NCBI GenBank assembly: GCA_016793015.1
Contig: JAEUJD010000116.1
Coordinates: 6,691-70,690 of the forward strand
Reading direction: 5' to 3'
Length of the DNA: 64,000 bases
Origin: Phycisphaerales bacterium
Lineage (GTDB): Bacteria > Planctomycetota > Phycisphaerae > Phycisphaerales > UBA1924
Under the pieces are notes generated by a model. That model made no database searches and was not told the origin of the DNA. It worked only from the letters and a program-made list of their open reading frames with translations. Position 1 is the first letter of the stretch, and each line of letters opens with the position of its first letter. This document shows, piece after piece, positions 57,642-64,000 of the stretch. The position numbers and the translations under genes were made by a program.

Positions 57642-58388
57642 ATGTCGAGCACCAATCGTCAACCCCAATCCGCCCAACCCACCATTCGGCTCTACGACGG
57701 CGACGCCGAGGCTCTGCTTCGGGCCGATCAATCGCCGGATCGGATCAGCCTGCTGCCGGGCGCGGGCGGCAAGCTTTCGAGCGGGCAGCGTCTGCGAATC
57801 CTCTGGGGGCAGGACATGCTGCGCGACATACTCGATGGGCGGTATCGAACCGTCGTCTGCGGCGTAAACGACCAGGACAACTCGCACGGCATCATCGCGC
57901 AGCTCTGCGAACTCGTTTCGACCAGCCAATGGTCGTCGCGCTCGGTGACGAGTTACGCGAAGCTCTTCCAGGAGTCGGTCGCGGTGCACGCGGCGCACGA
58001 CCGCGAGCCGTACGTGCTCAAGTTCGACCTGGACAGCGTGCTCATCCTCGCGCTGCTCCGGCCCCGCGGGCGCGACCACTTCACAACCGATGACCTCTCA
58101 CGCGGATTTGTCACGGTGAACAAGATGCTGGCCGATCGACGCGACCGGTTGCCGGTCTGCACCGTGAGCTTTCTGAATGCCCGCGCGAACAAGCTTGTGA
58201 ACGGGGGGGCGGGTGCCGCGGCGTCCGCCGAACCGAGTTTCGAGAACGTGCTGAAAACGATGTACCACGCCGGATTCCGGGGGGATGTCTACACCTCTCC
58301 GGCGATGTGGAAATTCGGCAACGTCGGAGTTTTCCCGAATTACCCGTTCCCGGAAGGCGTCGAACGGATGCGCGACGGGAGCAGCTAA
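57642..58388 (+). CDS. Hypothetical protein
   Basis: ATG after GGGAG. High third-position G+C. No family recognised. Confidence 0.45.
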   Translation: MSSTNRQPQSAQPTIRLYDGDAEALLRADQSPDRISLLPGAGGKLSSGQRLRILWGQDMLRDILDGRYRTVVCGVNDQDNSHGIIAQLCELVSTSQWSSRSVTSYAKLFQESVAVHAAHDREPYVLKFDLDSVLILALLRPRGRDHFTTDDLSRGFVTVNKMLADRRDRLPVCTVSFLNARANKLVNGGAGAAASAEPSFENVLKTMYHAGFRGDVYTSPAMWKFGNVGVFPNYPFPEGVERMRDGSS

Positions 58389-58502
58389 CAACCCGCATGG
58401 GGGCACGGAGAAACCCCTCTCGAACCGTGGTGCAGCGGATTGTGCTACAAGGGCGGGCGTGATTTACGCGCTCTCGGCAGATTGACACGCAGGAGTTCTC
58501 AC

Positions 58503-59237
58503 ATGATTACGACCAAATCGTCTCTTCTCGCTCTGACGATCTGCTTGCCGGTTGCGATTGCAGCATCATCCGAGACAACGCTGCACAACGAATCCTCAGC
58601 GGAGCAATCCTCCGAAAATCTGAACCAGCGGGTGGGCGAGCTTGTCGCCAATCTCAAGAAAAGCCGCGATGCGATCAAGAAATACGAGTGGATCGAGACG
58701 ACCACGGTTAGTCTCAAAGGCGAGCAGAAAGCACAGATCGAGAAGCGCTGCTATTACGGGGCGGACGGCAAGGTTGAGAAGGTGATGATGACGCAGCCGG
58801 CCCCGCCGGAGCGCAAGCGCGGCCTCCGGGGCCTGATCGCTGAGAAGAAGAAAGCCGAACTCTCCGACGAGATGAAGCAGGCGGTTGAAACACTGCACCA
58901 GTACGTGCCGCCCACGCACGAACAGATCGAAGCCTGCAAGAACGCCGGTAATGCCTCGATCGACGTGATCGATCCGGGCAAGCGCGTTCGTCTGAATTTC
59001 AAGGATTACAAGATGCCCGGCGACAAGCTGAGCATCGAGGTTGATCTCACGAACAACCGCCCGGCGACGCTGGCGGTCGCGAGCTATCTCGATACGCCCG
59101 CGAAGCCGCTCAACTGCAGCGTGACCTTCGGAACGCTCGACGATGGCACGACGTACGCGGAAGAAACGACCCTGAATCTTGAGAAGCAGGGGATCAAGGT
59201 TGTGGTGGAAAACTCGGGCTATCGCAAGCAGCTCTAG
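58503..59237 (+). CDS. Hypothetical secreted protein
   Basis: AGGAG upstream. Signal MITTKSSLLALTICLPVAIAA. No family recognised. Confidence 0.5.
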   Translation: MITTKSSLLALTICLPVAIAASSETTLHNESSAEQSSENLNQRVGELVANLKKSRDAIKKYEWIETTTVSLKGEQKAQIEKRCYYGADGKVEKVMMTQPAPPERKRGLRGLIAEKKKAELSDEMKQAVETLHQYVPPTHEQIEACKNAGNASIDVIDPGKRVRLNFKDYKMPGDKLSIEVDLTNNRPATLAVASYLDTPAKPLNCSVTFGTLDDGTTYAEETTLNLEKQGIKVVVENSGYRKQL

Positions 59238-59240
59238 GCG

Positions 59241-60062
59241 TCACGATAGTTCGAGGCCGTCCCACGCCAGCATCATTCTTTCGGGCAGGTCGTTCTGCGT
59301 TTCCGCGTGGGAGATGTCGTGCGTCATGTGCACGAAATAGGTTTGTTCCGCACCGATTTCGTGCGCGATGCTGACCGCCTGACCGATCGTCAGGTGCGTG
59401 GGGTGATGCCTGTGGCGCAGTGCATCAAGCACCAGCGTGCGCACGCCCCGGAGTTGCGGCCATGTTTCCGGCGGAATCGCCGACACATCCGTCAGGTACG
59501 CGAGCGGCAGAATCGATCCGGCGGCATCGTTCGCAGTTTCGATCCGAAACCCCGCGATCGGCAATCGTCCGTGGAGCACGCGTAAGGGCGTGAACCGCAC
59601 CCCGTGCAATTCGACCGCTTTCCCGATCTCCAGCGGCCACGCAATCAGCGTCGCGACGAAACTCTGGTTGATGTTCTTTTCGCTCTCAAAGATGTGACCG
59701 AAGATCCGCTTCAGGAATGCGAGCGTCGGCGCTTCGGCGTAGACATCGATCGCCTGCCCCTGCATCGCGTTGTACCGGCGCACCTCATCGAGCCCGAACG
59801 TGTGATCGACGTGATTGTGCGTATACAGAATCGCGTCGAGGCGCTTGATGCCAAACCGCAAAGCCTGCTGACGCAGATCGGGGCTGGTGTCGATCAGCAC
59901 CGTTCGCGGCTTGCCCGAATCGTCGATCCACTCGACGGCGGCACTCGTCCGAAGCCGATTGTCCTTTGGGTCTGCACTCGTGCAGACGGCGCAGTCGCAC
60001 CCGATCACCGGGATCCCGCTCGATGTGCCCGTGCCGAGGAACTTGAACTTGAAATCGCGCAC
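59241..60062 (-). CDS. MBL-fold metallo-hydrolase (PhnP-like)
   Basis: FLGTGTSSGIPVIGCDCAVCTS and THNHVDH motifs. Confidence 0.75.
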   Translation of the reverse strand: MRDFKFKFLGTGTSSGIPVIGCDCAVCTSADPKDNRLRTSAAVEWIDDSGKPRTVLIDTSPDLRQQALRFGIKRLDAILYTHNHVDHTFGLDEVRRYNAMQGQAIDVYAEAPTLAFLKRIFGHIFESEKNINQSFVATLIAWPLEIGKAVELHGVRFTPLRVLHGRLPIAGFRIETANDAAGSILPLAYLTDVSAIPPETWPQLRGVRTLVLDALRHRHHPTHLTIGQAVSIAHEIGAEQTYFVHMTHDISHAETQNDLPERMMLAWDGLELS

Positions 60063-60097
60063 GGTCCTTCGGTTGGATGTGGATGGGTGTGGTGGGG

Positions 60098-60850
60098 TCA
60101 GTGCTTGGTCTGCTGCATCGGGATGCCTTCCACAAGCAGCGGATTCTCAAGCGGCTTGTGCGATCCGATGAAGATCGAGCGTGTCAGGGGCGTGCCCGAC
60201 TCCTTGGCTTCCCAGTCGGTGATGAAGTTCTTCCAGTTCGGCTGCGTCTTGGGCATGTAGACATGCGGGAAGTGACGCTTCATCTGGTTGTAAATCCACG
60301 GGCGCGTCGGTCGGCAGCCCGTCCCGTGCATCGCCTGCGAGAAGTGTGCCTTCTCTTCTTTCACCAGGTTGATCGCCTCTTCCGAGCCCATCGAAACACA
60401 GGTCTCGAGCAGGAACAACTCCTTCGCGAAGGGCGCGAGGTATTCGAGCGATTCCTTGGGGTTCGCGAGGTGGTAGAGCACTCCGAAATTGAAGACGATG
60501 TCGTAGCGTTCGGTGCGGGGCAAGTTGCTCGTCGCCGGGTGCTCGAGATCCAGGAAGAAGAAGCGCAGCTTCTCCATCTCTTTCTCGAAACGCCATTTGA
60601 GCATCGCCAGGTTTTCGGGGCGGCTGTCGGTCGCGTCGATCGTGCAGCCGCGATCCATGAAGAACGTGGTCAGGTCGCCGATGCCTGCGGAGATTTCAAG
60701 TATCCGCTTGTTCTTCAGGGGCAGATTCAGGCTTGCCAGATGCTCCATCACGCGGAAGGTGTGGCGCAGGTACCACCACGAGTGAAAGTCCGAGCGCGGA
60801 TCGCGCTGGTTGTCCCACGCTGCCAAAGGTTGCATGCCGCCGGCTCGCAT
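60098..60850 (-). CDS. Class I SAM-dependent methyltransferase
   Basis: Motif I ILEISAGIGDLTTFFMDRGCTIDATD. The start was chosen downstream of the guaB stop, and 60835 is also possible. Confidence 0.65.
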   Translation of the reverse strand: MRAGGMQPLAAWDNQRDPRSDFHSWWYLRHTFRVMEHLASLNLPLKNKRILEISAGIGDLTTFFMDRGCTIDATDSRPENLAMLKWRFEKEMEKLRFFFLDLEHPATSNLPRTERYDIVFNFGVLYHLANPKESLEYLAPFAKELFLLETCVSMGSEEAINLVKEEKAHFSQAMHGTGCRPTRPWIYNQMKRHFPHVYMPKTQPNWKNFITDWEAKESGTPLTRSIFIGSHKPLENPLLVEGIPMQQTKH

Positions 60851-60936
60851 TGGTCCGCCTGTCGTTGTGGTGAATGTCTGGAAATTCTGCACGCCCGGTC
60901 TCCTGCTGGCCTCTTGATCCGCCGGATTCTTCGCGT

Positions 60937-62592
60937 CTAGTCGCGATCGCGGAATTGGCCCTCTCCCGTGTAATTCGGCGATTCCTTGGTAATCCTGATA
61001 TCGTGCGGATGATTTTCCACCACGGTCGCGCTGCTCACGCGGCAGAACCGGGCGTTGTGCCGCAATTCCTCGATGGTCCGGCAGCCGCAATAACCCATGC
61101 TGCTCCGAAGCCCGCCCACCAACTGGTAGACAAATTCCGCCAGCGAGCCCCGGTACGGGACCAGTCCTTCCACGCCTTCGGGCACGAACTTCATCCGCAC
61201 CTTGCCATCGTCATCCAGCTTTTCCGACTGCCGATACCTGTCCGCGCTTCCCGCGCTCATGGCGCCCTCACTGCCCATGCCGCGGTAGGTCTTGTAGCGA
61301 CGGCCGCCGCTAATGACCGCCTCGCCCGGCGATTCATCGAGGCCCGCAAAGAGCGAACCCATCATCACGCAGCTCGCGCCGGCCGCGAGGGCCTTGGGGA
61401 TGTCGCCCGAGTGTCGAATGCCACCGTCCGCGATGACCGGGACGTTTTTGTCGGCCGACTGCGCTCCGCTCACGGCGTTCATGATCGCGGTGATCTGGGG
61501 CACACCCACACCAGTCACAACGCGCGTCGTGCAGATCGAGCCCGGCCCGATGCCCACCTTGATCGCATCCGCGCCCGCCTCGATCAGATCGATCGCAGCC
61601 TCGCGCGTCGCGATATTTCCGACGATGACCGGGACGTTCGCCTTCTTCTTCACTTCACGAAGCGTCCGCAGCACATTCTCGCTGTGGCCGTGGGCCGTGT
61701 CGATGACGACCACGTCCACTTCCGCCGCGAGCAGTTGTTCGAGCCGGTCAAACTGCCCGACGCCTATTGCCGCACCGCAGAGCAGGCGGCCGCGCGAATC
61801 CGTATTCGCGTTGGGGAACCGGCTGAGCCGCTCGATATCCCGCATCGTGATCAGCCCCCGCAGGTTTCCCTGCCCGTCCACCAGCAGCAGCTTTTCGACT
61901 TTGTTCTTGCTGAGGACGACTTCTGATTGCTCGAGCGTCGTGCCCTGTGCCGCCGTGATCAGCCCGTCGTGCGTCATCACATCGCGCACCAGTGTCGTGG
62001 GCTCTTCCACAAACTTCAGATCGCGGCGGGTCAGGATGCCGAGCACCTTGCCCTTGCCCCGCGGGTTGGTTGCCCCATCCTCCGTCACCGGAAATCCGCT
62101 GACGTTGTGCGCCCGCATCAGTTCTTTCGCACGGCTCACGGTATCGGTCGGCCCGAGGGTCAGCGGATCGGTGATGATCCCGTTTGCGCTGCGCTTTACC
62201 TTCGCGACTTCCCGCGCCTGTGCTTCCACCGACAGGTTCTTGTGGATGATCCCGATGCCGCCTTCTTGCGCCAGCGCGATCGCGAGCGAATGCTCCGTCA
62301 CCGTGTCCATCGGCGCCGAAACCAGCGGAATCTTCAGTGTCAGCGTGCGGGTCAGTCTCGCCCCTGTATCCGCCTCCGAAGGCATCACGCCCGACAACCG
62401 GGGCAACAGCAGCACGTCATCGAACGTGATCCCGTCGTACTCGATTTTGTTGAAGGGGTCAAAGCCCGCCCGTTCCGCGCTTGTATCGGTTTCTGCGACA
62501 CTCCCGGGCCGTCCGGAACCATCGGGAGTTCCTTTGGAACTCGCTTTGGATTCGGGCGAAATCGGCCGCACCGCGTCTGCTTTGGGCAACAT
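60937..62592 (-). CDS. guaB: IMP dehydrogenase
   Basis: [13 protein letters not shown], a CBS pair, [32 protein letters not shown]. Has a roughly 45-aa N-terminal extension. Confidence 0.95.
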   Translation of the reverse strand: MLPKADAVRPISPESKASSKGTPDGSGRPGSVAETDTSAERAGFDPFNKIEYDGITFDDVLLLPRLSGVMPSEADTGARLTRTLTLKIPLVSAPMDTVTEHSLAIALAQEGGIGIIHKNLSVEAQAREVAKVKRSANGIITDPLTLGPTDTVSRAKELMRAHNVSGFPVTEDGATNPRGKGKVLGILTRRDLKFVEEPTTLVRDVMTHDGLITAAQGTTLEQSEVVLSKNKVEKLLLVDGQGNLRGLITMRDIERLSRFPNANTDSRGRLLCGAAIGVGQFDRLEQLLAAEVDVVVIDTAHGHSENVLRTLREVKKKANVPVIVGNIATREAAIDLIEAGADAIKVGIGPGSICTTRVVTGVGVPQITAIMNAVSGAQSADKNVPVIADGGIRHSGDIPKALAAGASCVMMGSLFAGLDESPGEAVISGGRRYKTYRGMGSEGAMSAGSADRYRQSEKLDDDGKVRMKFVPEGVEGLVPYRGSLAEFVYQLVGGLRSSMGYCGCRTIEELRHNARFCRVSSATVVENHPHDIRITKESPNYTGEGQFRDRD

Positions 62593-62730
62593 GGATGAGC
62601 GTTGGGGGCGACTCGCGCCGGGTCAAGTCCGAGAGACCGATCCGGGGCTGCGGCATCTCAAGATTCTGTCCAACTTCACGTTCGGTTCGGGCCTTCGTTC
62701 GTTTCCAATCGCTAACCTTGCCGCGCTGCC

Positions 62731-64000
62731 ATGCCAATTCCACTCATCAAAGTCGATCTCGCCAATTCCGGAGACGCGCCGGGCCACGGTGGTCTGGCCG
62801 CGCCGCTCCGGCGCGAGTGGTTCCTGACCAACGGCCTGGGCGGCTTCGCCAGCGGCACGCCGGTGGCCGTGCCGCAGCGCCGCTATCACGCGTGGTTGAT
62901 CGGAGCGATGCAGCCCCCGGTCGGGCGCGTGGTTGCGCTCAACTCGATGATCGAGACCGTCGTGCTGAAGGCCACCGAGAATCAGAAACCATTGACCGGT
63001 TCCGGCGCAGCGGGGAATAGTGCTTCCGCGGGCGGGGAGCAACGCCTCGATTTCTCGTCGTTCATGTTCCCGGGCAATCCCGAACCCGCCCGAATGGGCG
63101 ATGCCGCGGGCCCAACCACCGTCATCGTTCCGTCGGGGCATTCGTATCTGCGCCGATTTGAAAAGGATGTCTCCTGCCGCTGGTTTTATCAGTGCGGCCC
63201 GGTCGATTTCACCCGCGAACTCACGCTCGTTCGCCACCAGAACATCGCGGTCCTTCGTTACCGCATCAAGTCATCGCGTCACGCGGCACGCCTGGAACTC
63301 CGCCCGCTCACCGCTCTCCGCGATTTTCACGAACTCGTGCGCTTCTCTGAACGCAAAAACGATTACAGCGTGCTGGCCGGGGCCTCTTCGTGCGATGTCA
63401 GCGCCCGGGGCAATCGCCTCACGCTCGAATCCTCGCACGGTTCGTTCGTCCAGGATCGCAACTGGTGGTACAACTTCCGCTACGAACGCGATGCCGAGCG
63501 GGGCCAGGATTGTCTCGAAGACCTCTTCACCCCCGGCCTGTTTTCGTGGAACGTCGCGCCCGGCAGCGAGCAGACGATCGAGATCATCGCCCGCGTTGCG
63601 CCGACGAATGTTCGGTCCACGCGGGTCGCGATTACCTTCGATGCCGCGGCAAGCGCCGAGCGCGATCGCCTGGGGGAGCTTGTCGCCAAGGCCGCTTCCC
63701 GCCTCGAGGCCTCTAGAAATTCCGCGACCGATGCGGATTCCGTCGCATCGCTCGCGCAGTCCGCGGATCAGTTCGTCGTTCGGCGCGTACGTGCCATGCC
63801 CAGCGGCGTTCGCGCGATGGCGGGCGTCGCGCCCTCCGAGCCGACTCAGCCCGAAGAATCCTCGGTGATCGCGGGCTACCCGTGGTTCAGCGACTGGGGG
63901 CGCGACACGATGATCTCGCTGCCCGGGCTCTTTCTGACAACCGGCCGCTTTGATGAGGCCCGGCGCGTGATGGAGACCTTTGCCAATCTCACCCGCCGCG
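62731..64000 (+). CDS. Glycogen debranching enzyme / amylo-alpha-1,6-glucosidase family (3'-truncated by the window end)
   Basis: I translated this open frame by hand, as it is absent from the ORF track. [72 protein letters not shown]. No stop before 64000. Confidence 0.8.
   Translation, partial: MPIPLIKVDLANSGDAPGHGGLAAPLRREWFLTNGLGGFASGTPVAVPQRRYHAWLIGAMQPPVGRVVALNSMIETVVLKATENQKPLTGSGAAGNSASAGGEQRLDFSSFMFPGNPEPARMGDAAGPTTVIVPSGHSYLRRFEKDVSCRWFYQCGPVDFTRELTLVRHQNIAVLRYRIKSSRHAARLELRPLTALRDFHELVRFSERKNDYSVLAGASSCDVSARGNRLTLESSHGSFVQDRNWWYNFRYERDAERGQDCLEDLFTPGLFSWNVAPGSEQTIEIIARVAPTNVRSTRVAITFDAAASAERDRLGELVAKAASRLEASRNSATDADSVASLAQSADQFVVRRVRAMPSGVRAMAGVAPSEPTQPEESSVIAGYPWFSDWGRDTMISLPGLFLTTGRFDEARRVMETFANLTRR

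Noticed and set aside
62623-63868. Track ORFs 62623-63237 (-) and 63020-63868 (+).
   Set aside because: A third frame starting at ATG 62731 stays open to the window end. It carries clear glycogen-debranching-enzyme motifs, and the listed ORFs are overlapping off-frame artefacts.

Overview
High-G+C bacterial chromosomal segment. The gene content looks planctomycete, possibly Phycisphaerae-like. This is an inference from three things: pseudopilin-like proteins with a prepilin N-methylation motif, PEP-CTERM-type tails and Cys-flanked dockerin-like tails, and housekeeping genes scattered outside their usual operons. I recognised no rRNA, tRNA, CRISPR array, transposase or integrase.

Most of the window is housekeeping:
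- dnaB, gpsA, queA, murA, trmL, a lone atpG, clpC, rplK-rplA-rplJ, asnS, guaB, and a 3'-truncated glycogen-debranching enzyme.
- Metal homeostasis: mgtC, a P1B-type ATPase, mgtE, and a DtxR/MntR-regulated Mn/Fe-type ABC importer.
- Envelope and secreted proteins: a SpoIID-like protein, FKBP isomerases, GT-C-like glycosyltransferases, an astacin protease, and PEP-CTERM proteins.

The most unusual feature is a three-gene cassette present twice, at 13.9-16.3 kb and 36.2-38.6 kb. Both copies sit in visibly lower-G+C DNA. Each has a pseudopilin-like gene divergent from a small Cys-rich secreted protein gene, which overlaps the start of a C-terminally membrane-anchored protein gene. I know of no described function for this trio.

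Other notable items:
- A low-G+C orphan gene with a HEPN-like RNxxAH motif directly after asnS.
- A metal ABC permease-permease fusion carrying an internal DtxR-like module.
- Two Kazal-like mini-proteins flanking a TlpA-like oxidoreductase.
- A 17-codon Lys-rich sORF with a strong Shine-Dalgarno (SD) sequence.
- Two hairpin- or terminator-rich noncoding stretches.

All calls come from reading the sequence and the ORF track by eye. No searches or computations were run. Many start codons are uncertain because high-G+C ORFs extend far upstream of the real start.
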